A DNA stretch of 64,000 nucleotides from an uncultured Actinomycetota bacterium (GTDB taxonomy: Bacteria > Actinomycetota > Actinomycetes > Mycobacteriales > CADCTP01), in assembly GCA_963766325.1 (NCBI GenBank), contig CAVXZF010000007.1, positions 93,706-157,705 of the forward strand, in the 5' to 3' direction. The first letter of the stretch is position 1, and every line of letters starts with the position of its first letter. Both the position numbers and the translations under genes were made by a program. This document shows, one piece after another, positions 30,495 through 39,406 of the stretch. Under the pieces are notes generated by a model. That model made no database searches, had not been told where the DNA came from, and was given only the letters and a program-made list of their open reading frames with translations.

Positions 30495-32107
30495 CGGGGT
30501 GCTCCCGTCAGGGTGGGGGCCGGCGCCTCCGCCGGCAGCGGGGTCCGGCCGCGGAGCAGGTCGGCGGCGCGCTCGGCCAGCGCGATGACCGGCGCGTTGG
30601 TGTTGCCCCGGGGCACGGTCGGCATGACGCTGGCGTCCACCACCCGCAGCCCGGCCACCCCGTGCACCCGCAGCTCGGGGTCGACGACCGGCCCGATCGC
30701 GCAGGTGCCGACCGGGTGGTAGAGCGTCTCGGTGCCGGCCCGCACCGCCTCCCGGACGTCGTCGTCGCTGCGCGCCTCCGGGCCGGGCAGGTACGGCCGG
30801 TCGACGAAGCGGGCCAGCGGGCCCCGGGACGCGATGTCCTGGGCGACCCGCACCCCGGCCACCATCGCGTCCAGGTCGGCCGGCTCGGTGTAGTAGCCGG
30901 CGTCCACCGCCGGCCGCCAGCGCGGGTCGGCCGAGCGCAGGGTCACCCGGCCGCGGCTGCGCACGTGCACCACCGTCGGCGCGATAGTCACGCCGACCCC
31001 GGGCGGCGGGGTGAGCCCGTGGTTCGCCGCGATCGCCGGCACCACCATGAACTGCACGTCCGGCGCCGGCAGCCCGGCCGTGGAGCGGACGAACCCGCCG
31101 GACTCGGAGACGTTCGACACCAGCGGGCCGCGGTGGCCGGCGAACCAGCGCAGCAGGTTGGCCGTCGTCTCCGCCGCATGCAGGTCGGAGGTGCCGCGGG
31201 TGAACCAGCTGACCGGCACGTACGGGTGGTCCTGCAGCCCCTCCCCCACCCCCGGCAGGTCGGCGGCGACCTCGATCCCGTGCTCGCGCAGCTGGCTGGC
31301 CGGGCCGACCCCGGACAGCAGCAGCAGCTGCGGGCTCTGCACCGCGCCGGCGGCCAGCACGACCTCGCGCTCGGCGCGCACGGTCAGCTCGGCGCCGCGG
31401 TGCCGCAGCGTCACCCCGGTGGCCCGGCCCTGCTCGACCGTGACCCGGGTCACCAGCGCGTCCGTCAGCACGGTGAGATTGGGCCGGTGCAGCGCCGGGC
31501 GCAGGTACGCGTCCGCCGCCGACCAGCGCCGCCCGCCCCGCTGGGTCACCTGGTAGCGCCCGGCGCCGTCCTGGGTCGGCCCGTTGAAGTCGTCGTTGGC
31601 CGGCAGCCCGGCCACCGCCGCCGAGCCGAGGTAGGCGTCGGTCAGCTCGTGCACCCGGGGCAGGTCCTCGACCCGCAGCGGCCCGCCGGTCCCGTGGTAC
31701 GGCCCTGTCAGCCGAGCGTTGTCCTCGGCCCGCCGGAAGTAGGGCAGCAGGTCGGCGTAGCCCCAGCCGGCCGCGCCGTGCTCGTCCCGCCAGCCGTCGT
31801 AGTCGAGTGCGGCGCCGCGGATGTAGATCATCGCGTTGATCGACGAGCAGCCGCCGAGCATCCGCCCGCGCGGCCAGTAGAGCTTGCGGCCGTGCAGCTG
31901 CTTCTGCTCCTCGGTGCTGACGTCCCAGTCGCGCTCGGTCTTGAAGAGCTTGTAGAACGCGGCCGGGATGCGCACCTCCGGCACGTCGTCCGGCGGGCCG
32001 GCCTCCAGCAGCAGCACCTGGCTGCCCGGGTCCTCGGACAGCCGGCCGGCCAGCACGCAGCCGGAACTGCCCGCCCCGACCACGACGAAGTCGTACGAGG
32101 GCTTCAC
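30491..32107 (-). CDS. GMC-family FAD oxidoreductase (choline dehydrogenase-like)
   Basis: N-terminal YDFVVVGAGSSGCVLAGRLSED FAD motif and a GMC signature region. Only the 3' 539 codons of the 1227-aa track ORF are called. GTG 32107 is chosen; GTG 32116 is an alternative. Confidence 0.8.
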   Translation of the reverse strand: MKPSYDFVVVGAGSSGCVLAGRLSEDPGSQVLLLEAGPPDDVPEVRIPAAFYKLFKTERDWDVSTEEQKQLHGRKLYWPRGRMLGGCSSINAMIYIRGAALDYDGWRDEHGAAGWGYADLLPYFRRAEDNARLTGPYHGTGGPLRVEDLPRVHELTDAYLGSAAVAGLPANDDFNGPTQDGAGRYQVTQRGGRRWSAADAYLRPALHRPNLTVLTDALVTRVTVEQGRATGVTLRHRGAELTVRAEREVVLAAGAVQSPQLLLLSGVGPASQLREHGIEVAADLPGVGEGLQDHPYVPVSWFTRGTSDLHAAETTANLLRWFAGHRGPLVSNVSESGGFVRSTAGLPAPDVQFMVVPAIAANHGLTPPPGVGVTIAPTVVHVRSRGRVTLRSADPRWRPAVDAGYYTEPADLDAMVAGVRVAQDIASRGPLARFVDRPYLPGPEARSDDDVREAVRAGTETLYHPVGTCAIGPVVDPELRVHGVAGLRVVDASVMPTVPRGNTNAPVIALAERAADLLRGRTPLPAEAPAPTLTGAPR

Positions 32108-32115
32108 AGGGCACA

Positions 32116-32134
32116 CGCTACCTGCGGGTAACGT
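32116..32134 (+). promoter_or_regulatory. Motif CGCTACCTGCGGGTAACGT between the divergent GMC oxidoreductase and DUF4230 genes
   Basis: 18/19 identity to 19773-19791. Confidence 0.35.
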
Positions 32135-32207
32135 GGTTGGGACAGCCGTCGTTCGGCGGTACGGCCGAGCGGGTAGGTCTTCTGAGACACCGTCCAGGAG
32201 GGCCGTG

Positions 32208-32948
32208 ATGACGACCAGCGACACCGACCGGCACGACACCGAGCCGACCCGCCCGGTCCCGCCGGTGCGCCGCGGGGCCACCCGGTGGACGCCGGGCGCG
32301 GTCCGCCGCGGGTTCCTGCGGACCGTCGCCGCCGGCGCGGCGATCCTGCTGGTCAGCCTGCTCGCGCTGCTCGGGTTGCGGTCGATCGCGGGCTGGCCGT
32401 TCGGCGACAAGGAGATCGACCGCAGCGGGCCGGCCGTGCTGACCGCCATGCGCGACCTCTCCGAATACCACGCCGCCGCGGGGCAATACCAGGTCGTCAT
32501 CGACATCGAGCAGGACGCCAAGTACCTGCCGGACATCCTCAAGGGCAAGCGGATGATCTTCCTCGCGATCGGCTCGGTGGACGCGTACGTGGACTTCCGC
32601 AAGCTCGACGACGACGCGGTCATCGTCTCCGAGGACCGCCGCACGGTGACGATCCGGCTGCCCAAGGCGCAGCTGTCCACGCCCAACGTCGACCCCAACC
32701 AGAGCCGCGTGCTCAACCAGGACCTGGGTGTGATCGACCGGCTCGGCGGGCTCTTCTCCGACCAGCCCAACCCGCAGAACCAGCAGATGTTCGTGCTCGC
32801 CCAGCAGCGGCTGGCCGAGGCCGCCACCCAGGTCGGCCTGCAGGGCCGGGCCGAGGACAACACCCGCATCACGCTCGAGAAGCTGATGCGCTCCCTCGGC
32901 TTCACCGAGGTCAAGGTCTCCTTCGTCGACTCCTCCGCCGGCGGGTAG
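32208..32948 (+). CDS. DUF4230-like membrane-anchored protein
   Basis: AGGAGG lies 6 nt before ATG 32208. One N-terminal TM helix followed by a conserved soluble domain (AAGQYQVVIDIEQDAKYLPD...). Confidence 0.6.
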   Translation: MTTSDTDRHDTEPTRPVPPVRRGATRWTPGAVRRGFLRTVAAGAAILLVSLLALLGLRSIAGWPFGDKEIDRSGPAVLTAMRDLSEYHAAAGQYQVVIDIEQDAKYLPDILKGKRMIFLAIGSVDAYVDFRKLDDDAVIVSEDRRTVTIRLPKAQLSTPNVDPNQSRVLNQDLGVIDRLGGLFSDQPNPQNQQMFVLAQQRLAEAATQVGLQGRAEDNTRITLEKLMRSLGFTEVKVSFVDSSAGG

Positions 32949-32959
32949 CGTCCCGCGCC

Positions 32960-33544
32960 GTGACCGAGCGGCCGGGGCGGCGGGGGTGGTGGGCGGCGGT
33001 CGGCTTGCTGGTCGCGACCGTGGGGCAGCTGCTGGTGGCGACGCTGGTGCCGGGGCTGCCGCAGTTCGAAGGCAAGGCGTTCGCCGGCCGGCTGCTCGCC
33101 TACCCGGTGCTCATGCTGCTGGTGCCGGCGATCTGGGCGGTCGCGCGGTGGCGGCGGGGTGGGCGGGAGCCGCTGCCGTGGGGCGCGTTCGCGCTGCTCA
33201 TGCTGCCGTTCTTCGTCGACGTCACCGGCAACACGCTCGACCTGTACGACTCGATCAGCTGGTGGGACGACGCCAACCACCTGGTCAACTGGTTCTTCCT
33301 GTCCCTCGGCGCCGGGCTGCTGCTGGCCCGCGGCGGCGTGCGGCCGCGGTGGGCGCTCGGCCTGCTGGTGGCCGGGGTCGGTGCGCTGCTGGCGGTCGGC
33401 TGGGAGCTCGGCGAGTGGGCGACGTTCATCCGGCACGGCACCGAGCTGGACACCGCGTACACCGACACGCTGGGCGACGAGGTGCTGGGCTGCCTCGGGG
33501 CGGCGGTCGCGGGTGCGGTCGTGGCCCGGCGGGCGCCCGACTAG
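32960..33544 (+). CDS. Hypothetical integral membrane protein
   Basis: About five hydrophobic segments (e.g. WWAAVGLLVATVGQLLVATLV, WALGLLVAGVGALLAVGW). GTG 32960 lies 11 nt after the previous stop. No family recognised. Confidence 0.45.
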   Translation: MTERPGRRGWWAAVGLLVATVGQLLVATLVPGLPQFEGKAFAGRLLAYPVLMLLVPAIWAVARWRRGGREPLPWGAFALLMLPFFVDVTGNTLDLYDSISWWDDANHLVNWFFLSLGAGLLLARGGVRPRWALGLLVAGVGALLAVGWELGEWATFIRHGTELDTAYTDTLGDEVLGCLGAAVAGAVVARRAPD

Positions 33545-33554
33545 TTTCGACGGC

Positions 33555-35195
33555 GTGGCGAGTCCTGTCTTCGACCTCTGCGACCGGTACGTGACCGAGC
33601 TGGCGGCCCTCAACCCGGTGTGGGCCACCATGCGCGGGGTGGCCGGCCCGCCGGGCGCCGGCACCGACCTCGGCCCGGAGGGATACGCGGCCCGCGCCGA
33701 CCTGATCCGGCGCACCCTGGCCGAGCTGGCGCCGCTGCCCCGGGAGTCGGCCGCCGACGAGGCCGCCGCCGCGTTCCTGCGCGGCCGGCTGCAGGCCGAG
33801 CTGGACTGGCACGACACCGGCGAGCCGCTGCGGCTGCTGCACGCGCCCTTCGGCCCGGTGGCGGCGGTCCGGGACTCCGTCGACATGCTGGCCCGGGGTG
33901 GCGGCGACCCGGTGCCGGTCCGCGACCGGCTCGCCGCGGTGCCGGCGACGCTGGCCAGCTGGCGGCGCAGCCTCGCGCTCGGGCTGGACCGCGGCCTGCC
34001 CGCGGCCCGGCGGCAGGCGGTGGAGTGCGCCGCCCAGGCCGACCGGTACGCGGCCGGCGCCACCCACGCCGAGCTGGTCCGCGGGCACGGCGACGGCCCG
34101 CTGGCCGGCGAGCTGGCCGCTGCCGCGGACGCCGCCCACGCCGCGTACGCCGACCTGGCCCGCTGGCTGCGCACCGACTACGCGCCGCGGGCGGCCGAGG
34201 CCGACGCGGTCGGGCCCGAGCGGCACGCGGTGGCCCGCCGGCTGGTGCTGGGCGCCGACCCGGACCCCACCGAGTCGTACGAGTGGGCGTGGGCCGAGCT
34301 GCACCGGATCGAGGCCGAGCTGGCCGCCGAGGCCGACCGGGTGCGCCCGGGCGCGTCCCCGGCCGAGGCCGCCGCGCTGCTGGACGGGACCGACGTGGTC
34401 GAAGGCGCGGACGCGTACCGGGCCTGGCTGCAGGAGCAGCACGACATGGCGATCGAGCGGCTGGACGGGGTGCACTTCGACATCGCGCCGCCGCTGCGGA
34501 CCGTGGACGTGACGCTCGCGGTCGGGTCCAGCTCCGGCTCGGCCTACTACACCCCGCCGGACGAGACCTTCACCCGCCCGGGCCGGACCTGGTGGCCGCT
34601 GGGCGACCGGGACCGCTTCGGGGTGTGGGCCGAGCAGACCACCGTCTTCCACGAGGGCGTGCCCGGCCACCACCTGCAGCTCGGCCAGACCCGGGTGCTC
34701 GGCGACCGGCTGTCCCGGCACCAGCGGGTCGACGGGGTCTCGGGCCACTCCGAGGGCTGGGCTCTGTACGCCGAGCGGCTGGCCGACGAGCTCGGCTGGT
34801 TCGACACCCCGGGGCGCCGGCTCGGCATGCTCAAGGGCTCCGCGCTGCGGGCGGCCCGGGTCGTCATCGACATCGGCCTGCACCTCGACCTACCGCTGCC
34901 GGCCGCCGAGGCCACCCGGCACGGTCCGAAGTGGACCTTCGAGGTGGCGTCCGAGGTGCTCCGGGAGCGGGGTCACATCGCCGGCCACCGGCTGCACCCC
35001 GAAGTGGTCCGCTACTGCGGCTGGCCGGCCCAGGCGACCGCGTACAAGCTGGGCGAGCGGGCCTGGCTGGCCGCCCGGGACGAGGCCCGGGCCCGGCTCG
35101 GCGCCGGCTTCGACCTCAAGCACTGGCACACCAACGCGCTCGCCCTCGGGCCGGTCGAGCTGGACACCCTCGCCGCCGCCCTGCGCGCGGCCTGA
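33555..35195 (+). CDS. DUF885-family protein (putative metallopeptidase-like)
   Basis: HEGVPGHHLQ motif and DUF885-like sequence. The start (GTG 33555) is uncertain. Confidence 0.7.
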   Translation: MASPVFDLCDRYVTELAALNPVWATMRGVAGPPGAGTDLGPEGYAARADLIRRTLAELAPLPRESAADEAAAAFLRGRLQAELDWHDTGEPLRLLHAPFGPVAAVRDSVDMLARGGGDPVPVRDRLAAVPATLASWRRSLALGLDRGLPAARRQAVECAAQADRYAAGATHAELVRGHGDGPLAGELAAAADAAHAAYADLARWLRTDYAPRAAEADAVGPERHAVARRLVLGADPDPTESYEWAWAELHRIEAELAAEADRVRPGASPAEAAALLDGTDVVEGADAYRAWLQEQHDMAIERLDGVHFDIAPPLRTVDVTLAVGSSSGSAYYTPPDETFTRPGRTWWPLGDRDRFGVWAEQTTVFHEGVPGHHLQLGQTRVLGDRLSRHQRVDGVSGHSEGWALYAERLADELGWFDTPGRRLGMLKGSALRAARVVIDIGLHLDLPLPAAEATRHGPKWTFEVASEVLRERGHIAGHRLHPEVVRYCGWPAQATAYKLGERAWLAARDEARARLGAGFDLKHWHTNALALGPVELDTLAAALRAA

Positions 35196-35214
35196 CGCCG
35201 CTGCCGGCGGTCAG
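35192..35214. terminator. Short hairpin whose arms contain the two convergent stop codons (DUF885 gene TGA and nucS TGA)
   Basis: CTGAC-GCCG-ctgc-CGGC-g-GTCAG: 5+4 bp with one bulge. Confidence 0.4.
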
Positions 35215-35870
35215 AAGAGGCGGCCGGTGGGGTCGTCAACGCCGCGCAGGGCGTCGTAGTCGAGGGTGACACAGGCGATGCCGCGGTCGGTGGCCAGCAC
35301 CCGGGCCTGCGGGGTGATCGCCTGCGCGGCGAAGATGCCACGCACCGGGGCGAGCACGGGGTCCCGGTTCATCAGCTCCAGGTAGCGGGTCAGCTGCTCG
35401 ACCCCGTCGATCTCGCCGCGCCGCTTGATCTCCACCGCGACGCTGGCCCCGGCGCCGTCCCGGCAGAGGATGTCCACCGGGCCGATCGCGGTCGGGTGCT
35501 CCCGGCGGACCAGCCGGTAGCCCTCGCCCAGCGTGGTGATCTGCTCCGCCAGCAGCCGCTGCAGCTCGGCCTCGACGCCGTCCTTGACCAGCCCGGGGTC
35601 GGTGCCCAGCTCGTGTTCGGAGTCGTGCAGGACCTCCTCCAGCGTGATCAGCAGCTGCTCGCCGGCCTTGTTGGTCACCGTCCAGCGGCCCGGCTCCTCG
35701 CGCAGCGTGCAGGGCGGGCTCATCCAGTTCAACGGCTTGTACGCCCGGTCGTCGGCGTGGATCGAGACCGACCCGTCCGCCTTGACCAGCAGCAGCCGCG
35801 GCGCCATCGGCAGGTGGGCGGTCAGCCGCCCCACGTAGTCCACGCTGCACCGGGCGACGACCAGTCTCAC
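35211..35870 (-). CDS. nucS: Endonuclease NucS (EndoMS, mismatch-specific)
   Basis: (M)[49 protein letters not shown] ... [21 protein letters not shown] closely matches actinobacterial NucS. Confidence 0.85.
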   Translation of the reverse strand: MRLVVARCSVDYVGRLTAHLPMAPRLLLVKADGSVSIHADDRAYKPLNWMSPPCTLREEPGRWTVTNKAGEQLLITLEEVLHDSEHELGTDPGLVKDGVEAELQRLLAEQITTLGEGYRLVRREHPTAIGPVDILCRDGAGASVAVEIKRRGEIDGVEQLTRYLELMNRDPVLAPVRGIFAAQAITPQARVLATDRGIACVTLDYDALRGVDDPTGRLF

Positions 35871-35894
35871 GGTCCCGCAGGCTACACATGAGCC

Positions 35895-36659
35895 ATGCAG
35901 CCGGAGCCGTTGACACCGACCACGCCGCGCCCGGTGGGGCGGACGGTCTTCACGCAGGCGTGGCGGGACCTGACGTTCGTGCACTGGGCGGTCGACCCGA
36001 CGCTGGTCGCGCCGCTGCTGCCGTACGGGGTGCGCCCGGACCTGCTGGACGGGACGACGCCGGTCGGGCTGGTCGCGTTCCGGATGCGGGACGTGGGGAT
36101 CGGGCCGAGCCCGGGCATCCCGTACTTCGGCTCGTTCGCGGAGACGAACGTGCGGCTCTACACCGTCGACACGGCCGGGCGGCGGGGCGTCCTCTTCCTG
36201 TCCCTGGACGCGGCCCGGCTGGCGCCGGTGCTGGTGGCGCGGGCGTTGGGCGTGCCGTACTCGTGGTCCCGGATGGCGGTGGTGGCGACCGGCGACACGC
36301 GGGCTTACAGCTGCCGCCGGCGCTGGCCGGGACCGCGCGGCGCGACCAGCCGGCTGGTGGTCCGGATCGGCGCGCCGGTGACCGCGCCGACCGAGCTGGA
36401 GCGCTTCGTCACCGCCCGCTGGGGGCTGCACCTGGCCGGCCGCCGGGCGCTGTCCCGCGGACCGCGGCCGGCCGCCGCGTACTGGCCGAACGAGCACCCC
36501 GAGTGGCCGCTGCACCACGCCGACCTGCTCGACCTCGACGACGAGCTGGTCGCCGCCACCGGCCTGCCCGCCCCGACCACCCCACCCACCAGCGTCCTCT
36601 GGTCCCCGGGCGTCCCGGTCCGCTTCGGCCCCCGCCGCCCGATGCTCCTGCCGCCGTGA
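35895..36659 (+). CDS. DUF2071 (YqjF-like) domain protein
   Basis: Family-typical [17 protein letters not shown]...GLVAFRM...[11 protein letters not shown]. Confidence 0.65.
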   Translation: MQPEPLTPTTPRPVGRTVFTQAWRDLTFVHWAVDPTLVAPLLPYGVRPDLLDGTTPVGLVAFRMRDVGIGPSPGIPYFGSFAETNVRLYTVDTAGRRGVLFLSLDAARLAPVLVARALGVPYSWSRMAVVATGDTRAYSCRRRWPGPRGATSRLVVRIGAPVTAPTELERFVTARWGLHLAGRRALSRGPRPAAAYWPNEHPEWPLHHADLLDLDDELVAATGLPAPTTPPTSVLWSPGVPVRFGPRRPMLLPP

Positions 36660-36678
36660 TCAGGCTAGGATTGTGTAC

Positions 36679-36972
36679 ATGAAGTACGTTCCGGTGGGCG
36701 AGGCGCGGCAGCACTTCTCGGAGCTGCTGACCGAGGTCCAGAAGTACCGCGAGCACGTGATGATCACGAAGAACGGCCGGCCGGCGGCGATGATCATCTC
36801 CTTCGAGGAGTGGGAGGAGATCACCGAGACCGAGTTCTGGCGATCCCAGCCCGGCATCATGGAGGACATCGCCCGGTCGAAGGCTGAGCTCGGTCGCGGC
36901 GACTACGTCACCGCCGACGAGCTTCTGGCCGATGCCACGCGCCGGCTGACTACCGAGCGGGAGGCCGGGTGA
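36679..36972 (+). CDS. Type II antitoxin, Phd/YefM (RelB-like) family
   Basis: MKYVPVGEARQHFSELLTEVQKYREHVMITKNGRPAAMIISFEEWE is a classic YefM N-terminal domain. AGGA lies 7 nt before ATG 36679. The gene overlaps the toxin gene by 4 nt. Confidence 0.8.
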   Translation: MKYVPVGEARQHFSELLTEVQKYREHVMITKNGRPAAMIISFEEWEEITETEFWRSQPGIMEDIARSKAELGRGDYVTADELLADATRRLTTEREAG

Positions 36973-37229
36973 CCTACAAGGTCACCGTCACCGGCTCAGC
37001 CCAGCGTTCGCTCCAGCGCCTGCCACCCAAGGCGTACTTCGCCGTCGCCGAGTTCATCGCGCACGTCCTCGCCGAGAACCCGTACCGGGTCGGCAAGGCT
37101 CTGGCCGACCCCCTCGACGGCCTGTTCTCCGCTCGGGTGCAGGTCTACCGAGTGCTCTACACGGTGGACGACGACACGATCACCGTCGAGGTCGTGCGGG
37201 TGGGGCATCGCTCCGACATCTGCGGCTGA
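36969..37229 (+). CDS. Type II toxin, RelE/ParE family mRNA interferase
   Basis: 86 aa with the pattern LQRLPPK...NPYRVGKAL..LDGLFSARVQVYRVLYTVDDDTITVEVVRVGHRSD. GTGA overlap with the antitoxin stop. Confidence 0.8.
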   Translation: MTYKVTVTGSAQRSLQRLPPKAYFAVAEFIAHVLAENPYRVGKALADPLDGLFSARVQVYRVLYTVDDDTITVEVVRVGHRSDICG

Positions 37230-37235
37230 CGGGGC

Positions 37236-39254
37236 TCAAGTGAGGCCGTGGGTGGTGCGCAGGACGGTGACGATCTGGTCGAGGATCTCGGTCAGGCCGT
37301 AGTCCTTGGGGGTGAAGACCTGGGCGACGCCGGCCGCGCGCAGGGCGGCGGCGTCGGCGGGCGGGATGATGCCGCCGACCACGACCGGCACGTCGTCCAG
37401 CCCGGCGGCGCGCAGGCCGTCGACCACCTCGGGGACGACGGAGCGGTGCGAGCCGGAGAGCACCGACAGGCCGACCACGTCGACGTCCTCCTCGACCGCG
37501 GCCGCGACCAGCTGCGCCGGGGTGAGCCGGATGCCCTGGTAGACGACCTCGAAGCCGACGTCGCGGGCCCGTACGGCGATCTGCTCGGCGCCGTTGGAGT
37601 GCCCGTCCAGCCCGGGCTTGCCGACGAGCATCCGCAGCCGCGGCCGGCCCAGCTCCTCGGCCGTCGCGCGGGCCCGCGCACGGACCGCGGCGATCCCGGC
37701 GGCGTCCGCACCCGGCGAGGCCGCCCCGGACACCCCGGTGGGCGCGCGGTATTCCCCGTATACCTCGCGCAGCACCCCGGCCCACTCGCCGGTGGTGACG
37801 CCGGCCCGGGCGCAGCGCAGCGTCGGCGGCACCAGGTTGGCGTCGGTCTTCGCCGCCGCGCGCAGCTCGTCCAGCGCCTCGGCCGCCGCGGCGCCGTCCC
37901 GGGCGGCCCGCCACTCCTGCACGGCGGCCACCGCGGCCGCCTCCACCGCCGGGTCGACCGTCTGCACGGCGGCATCCAGGTCGGCGGTGAGCGGCGACGG
38001 CTCGGTCTCGGTGAACCGGTTGACCCCGACGACCACGTCCTCGCCCGACTCGACCCGCCGTCGGCGCTCGGCCAGTGACGCGACCAGCTGGGTCTTCATG
38101 TAGCCGGACTCGACCGCGGCGACCGCCCCGCCCAGCTCCTGCACCCGGTCCATCTCGGCCCGGGCACCGTCCATGATGGACGCGACCTTGGCCTCGACCA
38201 CGTGCGAGCCGTCGAAGAGGTCGCCGTGCTCGAGCAGGTCGGTCTCGTACGCGAGCACCTGCTGGAAGCGCAGCGACCACTGCTGGTCCCAGGGCCGGGG
38301 CAGGCCGAGCGCCTCGTTCCAGGCGGGGAGCTGGACCGCGCGGGCGCGGGCGTCCCTGGACAGGGTCACGCCGAGCATCTCCAGCACGATCCGCTGGACG
38401 TTGTTCTCCGGCTGGGCCTCGGTCAGGCCGAGCGAGTTGACCTGCACGCCGTAGCGGAAGCGGCGCTGGGCGGGGTCCGTCACCCCATAACGCGAGGTCA
38501 CCAGCGCGTCCCACAGCCGGCCGAAGGCGCGCAGCTTGCACATCTCCTCGACGAACCGCACCCCGGCGTTGACGAAGAACGACACCCGGCCGACGACGTC
38601 GCCGAACCGCTCGGCCGGCACCTGCCCGGAGTCGCGCACCGCGTCCAGCACCGCGATCGCCGTGCACAGCGCGTACGCGACCTCCTGGACCGGGGTGGCC
38701 CCGGCCTCCTGCAGGTGGTACGAGCAGATGTTGATCGGGTTCCACCGGGGCAGCGTGGTGACCGCCCAGGCCACGGTGTCGGTGGTCAGCCGCAGCGACG
38801 GGCCGGGCGGGAAGACGTACGTCCCCCGGGAGAGGTATTCCTTGACGATGTCGTTCTGCGTGGTGCCGGCGAGCTTGGTCAGGTCGGCGCCCTGCTCCTC
38901 GGCCACGGTGACGTAGAGCGCGAGCAGCCACAGCGCGGTCGCGTTGATCGTCATCGAGGTGTTGGCCTCGGCCAGCGGGATGCCGTCGAAGAGCGCGCGC
39001 AGGTCGCCGATGTGCGCGACCGGCACGCCGACCTTGCCGACCTCGCCGCGGGCGAGCTCGGCGTCGGGGTCGTAGCCGGTCTGGGTGGGCAGGTCGAAGG
39101 CGACCGACAGCCCGGTCTGGCCCTTGGCCAGGTTGCGGCGGTAGAGCGCGTTGGACTCGGCGGGCGAGGAGTGGCCCGCGTACGTCCTCATCACCCAGGG
39201 TCGATCCCGCTGGACCGGCGGGTCCGCGGCGGGTTCGCGAGATGGCATCGACAC
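37236..39254 (-). CDS. meaA: Single-chain B12-dependent acyl-CoA mutase, ethylmalonyl-CoA mutase (Ecm/MeaA)-like
   Basis: N-terminus RDRPWVMRTYAGHSSPAESNALYRRNLAKGQTGLSVAFDLPTQTGYD is MeaA-like as I recall it. The C-terminal B12 domain has GKPGLDGHSNGAEQIA (DxHxxG). Confidence 0.7.
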   Translation of the reverse strand: MSMPSREPAADPPVQRDRPWVMRTYAGHSSPAESNALYRRNLAKGQTGLSVAFDLPTQTGYDPDAELARGEVGKVGVPVAHIGDLRALFDGIPLAEANTSMTINATALWLLALYVTVAEEQGADLTKLAGTTQNDIVKEYLSRGTYVFPPGPSLRLTTDTVAWAVTTLPRWNPINICSYHLQEAGATPVQEVAYALCTAIAVLDAVRDSGQVPAERFGDVVGRVSFFVNAGVRFVEEMCKLRAFGRLWDALVTSRYGVTDPAQRRFRYGVQVNSLGLTEAQPENNVQRIVLEMLGVTLSRDARARAVQLPAWNEALGLPRPWDQQWSLRFQQVLAYETDLLEHGDLFDGSHVVEAKVASIMDGARAEMDRVQELGGAVAAVESGYMKTQLVASLAERRRRVESGEDVVVGVNRFTETEPSPLTADLDAAVQTVDPAVEAAAVAAVQEWRAARDGAAAAEALDELRAAAKTDANLVPPTLRCARAGVTTGEWAGVLREVYGEYRAPTGVSGAASPGADAAGIAAVRARARATAEELGRPRLRMLVGKPGLDGHSNGAEQIAVRARDVGFEVVYQGIRLTPAQLVAAAVEEDVDVVGLSVLSGSHRSVVPEVVDGLRAAGLDDVPVVVGGIIPPADAAALRAAGVAQVFTPKDYGLTEILDQIVTVLRTTHGLT

Positions 39255-39311
39255 GGCTGGCCTCCCGGAGATTCCGTCCAGACTAGGAGCCAGCGGTGCG
39301 GCAGGGCACCG

Positions 39312-39406
39312 TGTGATCGGTCACCCGGCGGGGCCGTCAGGCGAGCACCCGGCGAGGGCGTCAGGCGAGCACCCGGCGGGGCCGTCAGGCGAGCACGGTG
39401 CCGCGG
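39312..39406. repeat. 24-bp tandem repeat (about 3.5 copies) CGTCAGGCGAGCACCCGGCGGGGC; the last copy is the 3' end and stop of the STAS gene
   Basis: Read directly. Copies start at 39335, 39359 and 39383. Confidence 0.9.

Noticed and set aside
28998-34174. Very long minus-strand ORFs (28998-32114, 1038 aa; 30491-34174, 1227 aa)
   Set aside because: Each contains one real gene at its 3' end, the ALDH from ATG 30494 and the GMC oxidoreductase from GTG 32107. The 5' extensions overlap other genes out of frame or antisense and are compositionally aberrant.
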